64,000 nt of DNA from Candidatus Hydrothermales bacterium (GTDB lineage Bacteria > Hydrothermota > Hydrothermia > Hydrothermales > JAJRUZ01): positions 32,001-96,000 of the forward strand of contig JBCNUW010000004.1 in assembly GCA_039630575.1 (NCBI GenBank), given 5' to 3'. The translations under genes and the position numbers were made by a program. Of the stretch, positions 19,980 to 29,871 are shown one piece after another. Below the pieces are notes generated by a model. That model was not told the DNA's origin, searched no databases, and saw only the letters and a list, made by a program, of their open reading frames with translations. Numbering within the stretch: position 1 is the stretch's first letter; each line of letters opens with the position of its first letter.

Positions 19980-20639
19980 TTAAGCTCTCTCCAACTTTTC
20001 GAATAACCTATAACCTATTTTATACCTCAATAAAAATAAAAATAAAAATAAAAATAAATATGGTATAAAACTCAAAAATAAAGCAATCCTCATAGAAGGT
20101 GTGATCAATACATCTCCGGGAGTAAAAGGTGAGGGATGAACTGATCTCCACAACTTAACTGAAAAATAAACAAAAGGAACATCTACATAAATTATTACAC
20201 CTAAAACAGAGGAAAATCTAGCTCTTTTATCTGGTGTTTCAATAAATCTCCTCAAAAGTAGATATGAGGAATAAAGAAAAAACAAAATAAGAGTTGTTGT
20301 TAATCTTGGATCCCAAACCCAGTAATGTCCCCAAACAGCTTTTGCCCATAACATTCCTGTTATAAGTGTGAGAAAATTATATAAAACTCCAATCTCAGCA
20401 GCACTCTCTGAATAAATATCCAACTTCAAATCCTTTTTAAAAAGATATAGGATACTAAAAAGAAAAACTAAAGTAAAAGAGATCATAGAAACCCAAGCTA
20501 ATGGCACATGAATATACATTATTCTAACAAGATCACCCATATTTCTTTCTGGTGGAGTAACAAAAAGAGAAAAATAAAAGATTATATAACCTGTAATTAA
20601 ACCAAAAATTAAAAGAAAAAACTCAACCTTTATTTTCAA
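19980..20639 (-). CDS. ccmC: Cytochrome c biogenesis heme exporter CcmC
   Basis: YIHVP, WAKAVWGHYWVWDPRLT, WRSVH. Confidence 0.92.
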   Translation of the reverse strand: MKIKVEFFLLIFGLITGYIIFYFSLFVTPPERNMGDLVRIMYIHVPLAWVSMISFTLVFLFSILYLFKKDLKLDIYSESAAEIGVLYNFLTLITGMLWAKAVWGHYWVWDPRLTTTLILFFLYSSYLLLRRFIETPDKRARFSSVLGVIIYVDVPFVYFSVKLWRSVHPSPFTPGDVLITPSMRIALFLSFIPYLFLFLFLFLLRYKIGYRLFEKLERA

Positions 20640-21955
20640 AGTTTCCCAAAAAATTTCTTTAATATTTCTTCAAGAGTTGGTTCACCAATTTCCTGTAATT
20701 CATATCTCACTTTTACCCAAGGTTTACCTATGTCAAACAAATTTGCAAGATTAATAGGTGTACCTATTATCACTGCGTCACAAGGTGTTCTCCTTATTGT
20801 TTCCCTTAACTCCTCTATTTGAATTTCACTGTAGCCCATAGCTGGAAGGACTTTTCCTGTATTAGGATACTTTTCAAAGGTGGATTTTATTGATCCGACC
20901 GCATATGAAATTGGTGACACGATCTCTTTAGCTCCATACTTTTTAGCAGCCACATATGCTGCACCTATATCCATCTCTCCATGAGTAAGAGTTGGACCAT
21001 CTTCAATACATAAAACTCTTTTTTCCCTAATTACATCTGGATTATCCACATAAATCGGAGATGCAGCTTCAACAATCTTTGCACGCGGATTTAAGCGTTC
21101 TATATTTAATCTTAGCTTATATACATTTTCAAAAGGCGCAAAATCTATTTTGTTTATAACCACAACATCTGCCATCCTTATGTTTGTTTCACCTGGATGA
21201 TAGGTTTCTTCATGCCCTAACCTTAAAGGATCAGCCACAACAATATGCAAATCAGGTTTAAAAAAAGGAAAGTCATTATTTCCACCCTCCCATAAAATTA
21301 CATCATTCTCCTTCTCTGCTAATTTCAAAATCTCTTGGTAGTCAACACCTGCATACACAACAAAACCCATAGAGATATGTGGCTCATATTCTTCTCTTTC
21401 TTCAATAGTTGTTTTATATTTAACTAAATCTTCTTTTGAAACAAATTTTTGGACTTTCATTTTATCAAGATCTCCATAGGGCATAGGGTGTCTTACAACT
21501 CCTACTTTTTTTCCTATATCTTTTAAAATTTTCGCTATTTTTCTTGATGTTTGGCTTTTCCCGCTCCCTGTTCTGACAGCACAAACAGAAATAACCTTTT
21601 TTTCTGATTTTAGCATAGTGCTTTCAGGACCTAATATCCAAAAATCTGCACCACAAGCTAAAGCTCTCGAAGCACGATTCATAACATAAACATGGGAAAC
21701 ATCAGAATATGAGAAAACAACAATGTCAACTTTTTTCTCTTTTATTATTTTTTCCATTTCCTCTTCAAGGTAAATAGGTATACCCTCTGGATAAAGTTTT
21801 CCTGCAAGAGAAGGAGGATATTTTCTTCCCTCAATTCCTGGTATCTGTGTGGCTGTAAATCCTATAACTTTATAATTTTCATTATCCCTAAAAAAAACAT
21901 TAAAGTTATGAAAATCTCTTCCAGCAGCACCAAGTATCAAAACTCTTTTTACCAT
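20636..21955 (-). CDS. Arginine synthetase ArcE-like (cDPG synthetase family P-loop NTPase)
   Basis: GAAGRDFHNFN, TATQIP, VRTGSGKSQT, RHPMPYG, TIEEREEYE, EDGPTLTHG. Confidence 0.8.
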   Translation of the reverse strand: MVKRVLILGAAGRDFHNFNVFFRDNENYKVIGFTATQIPGIEGRKYPPSLAGKLYPEGIPIYLEEEMEKIIKEKKVDIVVFSYSDVSHVYVMNRASRALACGADFWILGPESTMLKSEKKVISVCAVRTGSGKSQTSRKIAKILKDIGKKVGVVRHPMPYGDLDKMKVQKFVSKEDLVKYKTTIEEREEYEPHISMGFVVYAGVDYQEILKLAEKENDVILWEGGNNDFPFFKPDLHIVVADPLRLGHEETYHPGETNIRMADVVVINKIDFAPFENVYKLRLNIERLNPRAKIVEAASPIYVDNPDVIREKRVLCIEDGPTLTHGEMDIGAAYVAAKKYGAKEIVSPISYAVGSIKSTFEKYPNTGKVLPAMGYSEIQIEELRETIRRTPCDAVIIGTPINLANLFDIGKPWVKVRYELQEIGEPTLEEILKKFFGKL

Positions 21956-21992
21956 CTTATATTACCTCCCTATATATACTTTATAATTAAAA

Positions 21993-23531
21993 ATGCTTTT
22001 CAAGAAGTTAATTTTAAATCTTGAAGAAAAGAAATTTCAAAAGGAGCATTTTTTATATTTAATAAGTTCTTTATTAATAAGAGACTTACTTGAAAGTGCT
22101 CTTGAAGGTGATTTTAAAATCTTCCGAACTCCCTCCCTTTACGAGTCTCTCCTTTTTACAATACATCACTTATTTTTTTATTCATCCCTTATTTTAATTC
22201 TTGTTCTTTTTATTTCATATCTTTTAAAAGAAAAAAAGGAAAAGGTCTTAATTGTTTTTATATATTTTTCACCTCTTGTTATTATCGCTCCAATCTTTGA
22301 CTTTCTTTTAGGTGGTGGAAAAATACTTTCTTATCCCACCTCAATAAAGGACTTACTATTAGGCTTATTAAAAGGAGAATTCGAAAAACAAGGTATTTCA
22401 GAAGGACAACTTTTTGAGGTAATTACCATATGTTTTTTTATAGCACTTTATGTTTATCTAAAAAGCAAAAATATTTTAAAACTAATTCTTTCTTTTTTGG
22501 GTTCTTTTATAATAATTTTAACTTTTGGAGGTTTTCCAGGGTATTTCATTGAAATTTTTAAAGAAGGTGGCTACATATTCTCACATAACTCTAAACAAGG
22601 ACTTTTATATGCCTTAATAACAATTATAACAATCCCTCTTTTTTTCAAAATAGAAATAACCTATAATGAACTTTTTACTTTTTCAGTGTGGGGGTATCTT
22701 TCATCTTTGTTCAAAATTTTACTATTAAAAACAAAATACGATATACCTTCTCCCTTATTTCCCTTTGATTATATTTCAGTTATAGTCTTACCAATCTTAG
22801 TCTTGGTTAAAAATAAAAAAAATATTTATTACTTTACAATTTCTCTTTTAATAGTGTTTTTGATTGGTGAAATACCTTTTATTTTCTTTATTCTCTTTCT
22901 TATTATCGATAACACTACCTTTAATCACACTGTTAAAAGGATAATTTCAGCAAATGTTATTTTCCTGTCAGGGTCATCAGTTTTTTTTGGTAACTATTCA
23001 CATTTAGTCCATCCTTTCTTTTTTCCATTTTTGTTATCTTTTTTGGTAATAATTAGAAAAAGATTAATAAGAGAATTAATTTTAAATTCGCTCTTTTTAA
23101 TTTTAACACTTTTAACTTACGAAAGGAGCTTCTGGGTAAGATCTATAAACCTTAACGAAAATTTCATAACAAAAAGTGAATATAGGCACTATTACCTTTA
23201 TTTAAAATATTTAGATAGTTATTCCTTCTTAAGAACAGTCAACATTTTAATTGAAACAAAAAATTATGAGAACATACCCTTTTTAATCGAAAAATTCAAA
23301 AAAGAAAAATCTCTGGGAGACTATTACTTTTACAGGTCGCTTATAGGAGCAATATTTAATGAAGATATTATTAAGCTAAAAAATTTATCTAAACTTGCAC
23401 TTATCTTTGGAAACCCCCTTTGTCTTCCTTTAATTTCCAAAATTTTTGACTTATCCGATGAAAATGAGAAAGCTTTAATTTTTTTAAAAAGAAGTTTGAA
23501 ACATAATATCTATGGAAAATATAATTTTTAA
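21993..23531 (+). CDS. Polytopic membrane protein of unknown function
   Basis: 512-aa ORF with many TM segments. Confidence 0.7.
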   Translation: MLFKKLILNLEEKKFQKEHFLYLISSLLIRDLLESALEGDFKIFRTPSLYESLLFTIHHLFFYSSLILILVLFISYLLKEKKEKVLIVFIYFSPLVIIAPIFDFLLGGGKILSYPTSIKDLLLGLLKGEFEKQGISEGQLFEVITICFFIALYVYLKSKNILKLILSFLGSFIIILTFGGFPGYFIEIFKEGGYIFSHNSKQGLLYALITIITIPLFFKIEITYNELFTFSVWGYLSSLFKILLLKTKYDIPSPLFPFDYISVIVLPILVLVKNKKNIYYFTISLLIVFLIGEIPFIFFILFLIIDNTTFNHTVKRIISANVIFLSGSSVFFGNYSHLVHPFFFPFLLSFLVIIRKRLIRELILNSLFLILTLLTYERSFWVRSINLNENFITKSEYRHYYLYLKYLDSYSFLRTVNILIETKNYENIPFLIEKFKKEKSLGDYYFYRSLIGAIFNEDIIKLKNLSKLALIFGNPLCLPLISKIFDLSDENEKALIFLKRSLKHNIYGKYNF

Positions 23532-23535
23532 AAAG

Positions 23536-23548
23536 AGGTTGAAATCCT
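23536..23548 (+). promoter_or_regulatory. T-arm-like leader hairpin, copy 3
   Basis: AGG-TTGAAAT-CCT; core ends 24 nt before ATG 23572; TTGAAA-18-TATAAT ends 11 nt upstream. Confidence 0.55.
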
Positions 23549-23571
23549 ATCTTTAAAAATTTTTATTAAAA

Positions 23572-25917
23572 ATGATAGAGTTAATTTTAATTTCATATAT
23601 AGCCATCGGTAATTATAAGTTTGACCCTCTTTCAACCAATCCAGAAATCCCCGAAGATTTAAAGATTAATAAATCAACTGTTTATATTCTCCTTCTGAAA
23701 TCCCCAATATATGACTTTTATAAACTTCAAATTGAAAAAAAAGGAGCAAGAATTTTACATTATGTTCCATTAAACTCCTTTGCGGTTAGAGTAAAAGATA
23801 CGTTGATACTGAATGAAATTAAAAAACTTGATTTTGTTAAGGGAGTTTATATCTACCAACCTGCCTTTAAAATTTCTTCAAATATTGGAAAAAAAATAAA
23901 CATAAAAGGAAAAAGATATGAAAATCCTTACAAGAATATCTATTATGTACACTTTTTTGAAGATGTAGGCAAAGAAGAAGCAAGAAAAATATTAGAAAAA
24001 TATGGAGCAAAGATCATCTCAGAAATAAAAAGTCTTACACATCCTGTTTTTGTTTTAGAATATAAAGATAGCATAAAAAAACTTGCTTTTGATGAAAACA
24101 TATTCTGGATAGAAGAAAAAAGACCATTTTTCAAGATGAATGACAGAACATACTGGGTTATACAGAACAATGTTCTGAATACTTCACCCATATGGAATAA
24201 GGGAATAAAAGGAGAAAATCAGATAATAAATATAATGGATACAGGTGTTGATACAGCTTCGTGTTTTTTCAGAAATAATAAAATAATTTGGAAAGAAAGC
24301 TATTCAGGTTTTTATACAGATGCCTGTAAAGATGGACATGGTACACATGTGGCTGGAACTATAGCTGGTTATGATGTCTCTAATACACTAAATCAGTTTA
24401 AGGGAATGGCTTATAATGCTAAACTAACAGTTCAGTTTACAGGTGATAACTTTTTTACATGCTGGGTAGGTGCTCTTTATATTCCAGATGATCTTTACAA
24501 TGCTTTTTTAAATGCCTATAATGTGGGCGCAAGAATTTTTTCAAATTCTTGGGGAGGTTTAGACACTACAGTTTATACGACTTTAGATCAACAAGTAGAT
24601 AAGTTTATGTACGATAATAATCACGCTGTTTGCGTGTTTGCAGCTGGAAATTCAGGTGGAAGTGTAGATCAATGGACAGGAGCTGTTCTTGACTCAGTTC
24701 ATTATAGAACTATTGGTACACCAGGTGCAGCAAAAAATGTAGTTACAGTGGGAGCAACACCACCTCCTCCAAAACACGATATATCTGCCTTTTACTCAAG
24801 CAAGGGGCCTACCTTTGATGGAAGAATCAAGCCTGACGTAATGGCTCCAGGCGGAGACTGTGGAACCAGTGCTTTAAATCAAGATCCAAATCTTTATATA
24901 AGGTCAGCCGATAATGATACCCTATCGTATCCTACATGTGATACAGCAAGCTATCCCTTTATGGGAACAAGCATGGCTACACCAGCCGTAGCAGGAGGTA
25001 TAGCTCTTATTAGGCAGTATTTCACTGAGGGATGGTATCCTTCAGGGATTAAGGATCCAAACAATGCCTTTATCCCCTCAGGTGCCCTTCTAAAGGCTAT
25101 GATAATTTCCTCTGCAGAACAAATGAATGGAACAGATCCCTATGGTATAGATTCAAGAGAGGTTCATCCAATACCTGATTCTTCACAGGGTTGGGGAAGG
25201 ATCAAACTTGAAAACTCACTTTATTTCCAAGGTGATATTGATCGTCTATATTTAGATGATAACCTTTCTGGACTTTCAACTGGCTCTTCAAAATCCTATA
25301 TAGTAACTTCAAATGGAGGAAAATTAAAAGTAGTGTTAGTTTGGACTGATTATCCTGCTAATGCTGGTTCAGGGGTCGCACTTGTTAACGATCTAAATCT
25401 AATCGTTCAGGGTCCATCCGGAACATATTATGGAAACAGATTCTATAACGGTGAGTCACAAGTAGGTGGACAGAAAGATAATAGAAATCCAGTTGAGGTA
25501 TTTTATTTATCTAACGCACCTCAAGGAAACTATGTCGTACAGGTTGAGGGAGGAAATGTACCTCATGGACCACAGAAATACGCTATTGTTATTACTGGAA
25601 GATTTTCGAGTGTCTTTATAGAAGAAAAAGTATCAGATAAAACTATAAGTATTAAGGAAACCTATTTAAGAAAACCAATTTATTTACATTCGTCCAATTC
25701 TTATCTGATAAGATTTGGATTAAAAGAAAACACTAAAGTAAAATTATCAATATTTGATATATCAGGAAAAAAAGTAACTGTAATTAAAGAGGGGATTATG
25801 GAAAAGGGAGAATATATCCTCTACTGGAATAAAGAGGAAGTAAAAAGTGGTACATACTTTTTATATTTAGAAACAGGAAAAATAAAATTGAGGGAAAAAT
25901 TTTTAAAACTAAATTGA
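23572..25917 (+). CDS. S8 subtilisin-like protease with T9SS-like C-terminal domain
   Basis: DTG, HGTHVAG, GTSMATP triad; C-terminal IFDISGKKV..SGTYF. Confidence 0.92.
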   Translation: MIELILISYIAIGNYKFDPLSTNPEIPEDLKINKSTVYILLLKSPIYDFYKLQIEKKGARILHYVPLNSFAVRVKDTLILNEIKKLDFVKGVYIYQPAFKISSNIGKKINIKGKRYENPYKNIYYVHFFEDVGKEEARKILEKYGAKIISEIKSLTHPVFVLEYKDSIKKLAFDENIFWIEEKRPFFKMNDRTYWVIQNNVLNTSPIWNKGIKGENQIINIMDTGVDTASCFFRNNKIIWKESYSGFYTDACKDGHGTHVAGTIAGYDVSNTLNQFKGMAYNAKLTVQFTGDNFFTCWVGALYIPDDLYNAFLNAYNVGARIFSNSWGGLDTTVYTTLDQQVDKFMYDNNHAVCVFAAGNSGGSVDQWTGAVLDSVHYRTIGTPGAAKNVVTVGATPPPPKHDISAFYSSKGPTFDGRIKPDVMAPGGDCGTSALNQDPNLYIRSADNDTLSYPTCDTASYPFMGTSMATPAVAGGIALIRQYFTEGWYPSGIKDPNNAFIPSGALLKAMIISSAEQMNGTDPYGIDSREVHPIPDSSQGWGRIKLENSLYFQGDIDRLYLDDNLSGLSTGSSKSYIVTSNGGKLKVVLVWTDYPANAGSGVALVNDLNLIVQGPSGTYYGNRFYNGESQVGGQKDNRNPVEVFYLSNAPQGNYVVQVEGGNVPHGPQKYAIVITGRFSSVFIEEKVSDKTISIKETYLRKPIYLHSSNSYLIRFGLKENTKVKLSIFDISGKKVTVIKEGIMEKGEYILYWNKEEVKSGTYFLYLETGKIKLREKFLKLN

Positions 25918-25930
25918 ATAGGGGGAAAAA

Positions 25931-26683
25931 ATGGCAGGGCATTCTAGATGGGCACAAATTAAACATAAAAAAGCAAAAGCTGATATTCAAAAAGGTAAAA
26001 TTTTTAACAAGCTCATAAGAGAAATACAGATTGCAGCAAAAATAGGAGGTGGGGATCCAGAACATAATTCAAGACTAAGACTTGCAATCGAAAAAGCTAG
26101 AGATCATAATATGCCTTGGGATAATATAGAAAAGGCTATAAAAAGAGGAACAGGTGAAATTGAAGGGCTTAAATATGAAGAAGTTTTTTATGAAGGCTAT
26201 GGTCCGGCAGGAGTTGCTATTTTCATCAAAGCAACAACTGATAACAAAAATAGAACTACTTCTGAAATAAGACACCTCTTTACAAAATACGGTGGAAATC
26301 TCGGAACAACAGGAAGTGTAAGATGGCAATTTGAGGAAAAGGGGGTCATCCACATAAAAAAAGATATTATAGATGAGGAAAAACTAATAGAAATTGCCCT
26401 TGAAGCCGGTGCTGAGGATATAAAATCGGAGGGGGAATACTTCGATATCTACACCTTACCTTCAAAATTCTTAAACGTTAAAACTGAACTACAAAAAAGA
26501 GGGATAGAAGCAGAAGGTTCTGTCAATATGATCCCAAAGAATCAAGTTAAAGTTCAAGGTAAAGAGGCAGAAAAATTAATTGCACTACTAAACTCCCTTG
26601 AAGAGCATGAAGATGTTCAAGAAGTTGTGGCTAATTTTGAAATGAGTGAGGAAGAATTCTCAAAGCTTGTTGGAACAGTATAA
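25931..26683 (+). CDS. yebC: YebC/PmpR family protein
   Basis: MAGHSRW, YEGYGP, TDNKNRT. Confidence 0.95.
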   Translation: MAGHSRWAQIKHKKAKADIQKGKIFNKLIREIQIAAKIGGGDPEHNSRLRLAIEKARDHNMPWDNIEKAIKRGTGEIEGLKYEEVFYEGYGPAGVAIFIKATTDNKNRTTSEIRHLFTKYGGNLGTTGSVRWQFEEKGVIHIKKDIIDEEKLIEIALEAGAEDIKSEGEYFDIYTLPSKFLNVKTELQKRGIEAEGSVNMIPKNQVKVQGKEAEKLIALLNSLEEHEDVQEVVANFEMSEEEFSKLVGTV

Positions 26684-27146
26684 AAAAAATAAAAAAATTT
26701 TCTTTGTTGGAATTGATCCAGGAATAAAATACAGTGGAATAGCTACTATTGATATAAACAAAAAAATTCTAAATCACTCAAAGATAGATTCAAAAAATTT
26801 ATTAAAATTTGCTAATGAGGTCGAAAAGATTTTAAAAAAGTATAAGCCCTTAATGACAGCAGTTGAAAATGTTTTTACGAAAAAAAGCCCAAGAGAAGCC
26901 TTTAAACTTTGTGAAAACCGTGGTGTTGTCATTTTTTTACTTGAAAAAAATAAACTTAATTATATTAACGTCTACACACAAGAATGGAAAAAAGCCCTAA
27001 CTGGTTATGGAAAAGCAAAGAGTTATCAAGTTAAATTTATGCTAAAAAAATTTCTTAAAGGTAGTTTAAAAGATAAAATATCGGAGCATGAGTTAGATGC
27101 TCTCTCTCTTGCTTACTTCGCACTTACAAGATGTTCTATAGAATAA
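26646..27146 (+). CDS. ruvC: Holliday junction resolvase RuvC
   Basis: GIDPG, AVE, TGYGKA, DAL. Confidence 0.88.
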   Translation: MRKNSQSLLEQYKKNKKIFFVGIDPGIKYSGIATIDINKKILNHSKIDSKNLLKFANEVEKILKKYKPLMTAVENVFTKKSPREAFKLCENRGVVIFLLEKNKLNYINVYTQEWKKALTGYGKAKSYQVKFMLKKFLKGSLKDKISEHELDALSLAYFALTRCSIE

Positions 27147-27688
27147 AAGGGAAACTAACACTAAAAAGAAATTTCTTTTGTGCAATAGAGAATAACGGTG
27201 TTGAATTTGCAATCACGGTTCCATTAAAAGCTATGGAAAAATTACCTGAGGAAGGTAGTGAAGCAACTTTGTTTATTACATCTATTATTTCGGAGGAAAA
27301 AGTTGACCTTTATGGGTTTACAGATGAAAAAGAAAAGGATATTTTTGAAAAACTCATTTCAATACCAGGTATAGGACCGAAGGTTGCTCTTCAAATCCTT
27401 TCCTATTACACCGCTCATGAGTTTCTTGAAGTTTTAAAAAGAAAAGGGGAAAAAGAAATTTCAAAAATTAAAGGAGTTGGGAAAAAAAGAGCAAATCTAA
27501 TATTACTTGAATTTAAAGATTATTTTTATGAAAAAGAAGTTGAAGGAATTGACATAGAAAAAGTTATATCTGCACTTTGTAAGCTTGGGCTCCAAAGAAA
27601 TAAAGCAAAGGAATTAGCTATAAGAAAAATAAAAGAAAAAAAATTTGAAAAAATTGAAGACTTAATTCAAGAGATTTTGAAAGAATAA
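27131..27688 (+). CDS. ruvA: Holliday junction binding protein RuvA
   Basis: LYGF, GIGPK, GVGKK HhH motifs. Confidence 0.9.
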   Translation: MFYRIKGKLTLKRNFFCAIENNGVEFAITVPLKAMEKLPEEGSEATLFITSIISEEKVDLYGFTDEKEKDIFEKLISIPGIGPKVALQILSYYTAHEFLEVLKRKGEKEISKIKGVGKKRANLILLEFKDYFYEKEVEGIDIEKVISALCKLGLQRNKAKELAIRKIKEKKFEKIEDLIQEILKE

Positions 27689-27705
27689 AAATTGTATAAA
27701 AATAA

Positions 27706-27734
27706 AAGGGGGGACTTTGTACAAATCCCCCCTT
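27706..27734. terminator. Probable bidirectional terminator hairpin
   Basis: AAGGGGGGA..TCCCCCCTT between convergent ruvA and porin genes. Confidence 0.75.
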
Positions 27735-27752
27735 ATGTTTAATTACTCAAAA

Positions 27753-28760
27753 TTACTTAAAATTATAGTGAAAAGTTAAACTCATATACATGTCAGATTT
27801 AGGTTTTATGTTATCTTCCTTGTCGTAGAAAACATACTTAACATTTGGAATAACACTTACATCTTTGTGAGGTTTCATAGCAAAGGCAACAAGCACAAAG
27901 TTTGATGGAGCTTCAGGGCTAAAAGGTGTATAACTTATTTTTTTACCCTCAGGATTTTTCTCAAAGGTTTTATCATATCTTAAAAGAAAATTAAAAGACT
28001 CACTGATGTTAAGCACAAAATAAGAGGAAGCTATCATGAAATTTGTAGTTTTATCGTGATCTTTAAGCTGTGTTTGATTAACGTACTGCAATCCTAATCT
28101 AAACTTTTTGTTTTTGAGTCCAGCAAATCCCTGAATTGTATATTTCTGGTTGTGTCCTAGAGCATCAAACCAATCTCCATAGACTTCGAAAAGAAAATTT
28201 GTTAGATGAAAAGATAAGGACAAGTAAAGAGCCTTCTGCTTGTTGTTTTCAGATCTGATACCCTCGCCGTTACCAAATGTAAAATGATATTTTATTTTTT
28301 TATTCTCTCCAAAACCTCCTTTCAGGCTAAAACCTATATCTCTCGAGGTTCCGATTCTCTGCAAATCAACTGGAGTTTTTTCTACACTTCGGAAACCGTA
28401 ATGATCCTCTATAACTTCCCAAGTAGGCGTAGGGGTAAGACCAAACTGAAATTCAAAAGCTTCTAATTTCCATTTTAAATAGGCATCCTTTATGTAATCT
28501 GTAAGATTTTCCCTTTTCTTATAATCACCTGGACTATTCATTTCAAATCTCAGTCTTGAAGAGAAATTCTCATTTATTTCGTGATCATAGGTGAAATAAA
28601 TTCTTCTAAACCAGAAACCGTTCATACCTTTAATTGAATCGTTGTGATGCTGTGCCACATAGAAGAAATCAAAGTAGCTGTAACCTGATATTTTTCCTTG
28701 AGACATCAAATTTAAAGGGATAAAAGATACCACAAAAAGGGTATAAAATAATCTTTTCAT
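27753..28760 (-). CDS. Outer-membrane porin, probably phosphate-selective
   Basis: Signal peptide, FWFRRIY, IKDAYL, beta-strand pattern, C-terminal YNFK; downstream of pstS. Confidence 0.7.
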   Translation of the reverse strand: MKRLFYTLFVVSFIPLNLMSQGKISGYSYFDFFYVAQHHNDSIKGMNGFWFRRIYFTYDHEINENFSSRLRFEMNSPGDYKKRENLTDYIKDAYLKWKLEAFEFQFGLTPTPTWEVIEDHYGFRSVEKTPVDLQRIGTSRDIGFSLKGGFGENKKIKYHFTFGNGEGIRSENNKQKALYLSLSFHLTNFLFEVYGDWFDALGHNQKYTIQGFAGLKNKKFRLGLQYVNQTQLKDHDKTTNFMIASSYFVLNISESFNFLLRYDKTFEKNPEGKKISYTPFSPEAPSNFVLVAFAMKPHKDVSVIPNVKYVFYDKEDNIKPKSDMYMSLTFHYNFK

Positions 28761-28780
28761 CTTTCACCTCCTTTTTATGC

Positions 28781-29758
28781 TTAGTTTTTTTCGAGCATTT
28801 CTTCAACATTAACTCCAACTTTAGATCCTTTTCCACCAAAAATGGAACCTTTTTTTACTTTCTTAATTCTATCTAGTGCTAATTTATATGCTTTATCTGA
28901 AAGAGGAATATAACCAACCTCTTTTACGATCTTTTTTGCGTTCTTAAGATAAAATTCGAGAAACTTTTTGACTTCCTCTTTTTTTAAAGAATTCACGTTT
29001 ACATATATAAAAAGAGGTCTTGAGAGGGGAAAGTATTTACCCGTCATGATATTTTCAATTGTGGGGGCAATTGGACCTCTTCCATCTTCAGGATCTATCT
29101 TAACTGCTTTAAGCTTATCTTTATTTTCTTCATAGTATGCAAAGCCAAAATATCCAAGAGCTAAAGGGTCACTGCTAACTCCTTGGACTAAAACATTGTC
29201 ATCTTCAGATGCTACAAAATCACCCCTTGAAGAACCTTCTTTACCAACAATTGCTTCTGTAAAATAATCGTAAGTTCCTGAATCTACACCAGGTCCATAA
29301 AGGTTTATATCTTTATCTGGAAAATCATTTCTAACCTGCGACCACTTTTTGACTTTATCTTGAGCTTCTGGTTCCCACAATTTTTTAAGCTCGCTTACCT
29401 TAAGTTCATTACACCATGTGTTAGAAGGATGAACAACAACGGTCAAACCATCATAGGCTATAGGAATTTCAATAAACTCTATTTGATTTTTTTGGGCATT
29501 TTCAATTTCAACCTCTTTTATAGGTCTTGAGGCGTTGTTAATATCAATTTCATTCCTTAAAAATTTTTTGAAACCTCCACCTGTTCCAGAAATTCCAACA
29601 ACTACTTTAATATCTTTGTGTACTTTTTGAAACTCCTCAGCAACAGCCTCTGTTATAGGAAAAACAGTACTGGAGCCATCTATGTAGATCATCTTTTCAG
29701 AAAGCAGAATTCCTTTTATAAGAGCCAATAAAGTGGCTCCTTTTAAAAATTTACTCAT
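28781..29758 (-). CDS. pstS: Phosphate ABC transporter substrate-binding protein
   Basis: DGSSTV, SGTGGG, ASR, DSGT, LSRPLF. Confidence 0.95.
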   Translation of the reverse strand: MSKFLKGATLLALIKGILLSEKMIYIDGSSTVFPITEAVAEEFQKVHKDIKVVVGISGTGGGFKKFLRNEIDINNASRPIKEVEIENAQKNQIEFIEIPIAYDGLTVVVHPSNTWCNELKVSELKKLWEPEAQDKVKKWSQVRNDFPDKDINLYGPGVDSGTYDYFTEAIVGKEGSSRGDFVASEDDNVLVQGVSSDPLALGYFGFAYYEENKDKLKAVKIDPEDGRGPIAPTIENIMTGKYFPLSRPLFIYVNVNSLKKEEVKKFLEFYLKNAKKIVKEVGYIPLSDKAYKLALDRIKKVKKGSIFGGKGSKVGVNVEEMLEKN

Positions 29759-29782
29759 TTATACCTCCTTGATTAACTTTTT

Positions 29783-29797
29783 AAGGAATTGAACCTT
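29783..29797 (-). promoter_or_regulatory. T-arm-like leader hairpin, copy 4
   Basis: AAGG-TTCAATT-CCTT; core ends 26 nt before the pstS ATG. Confidence 0.65.
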
Positions 29798-29823
29798 TTA
29801 TTTTTTAATTTTTAATCTCTATG

Positions 29824-29862
29824 AATTAAAAATTCTTTAAGGTAGAGTTAAAAAATTGTTAA
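29824..29862 (-). promoter_or_regulatory. Pho-box-like array
   Basis: TTAACA, TTAACT, TTAAAG, TTAATT at exact 11-bp period upstream of pstS. Confidence 0.65.
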
Positions 29863-29871
29863 ATATAAATT

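Noticed and set aside
20028..20059. Tandem AATAAA repeats
   Set aside because: Leu-Phe codon run in the last CcmC helix.
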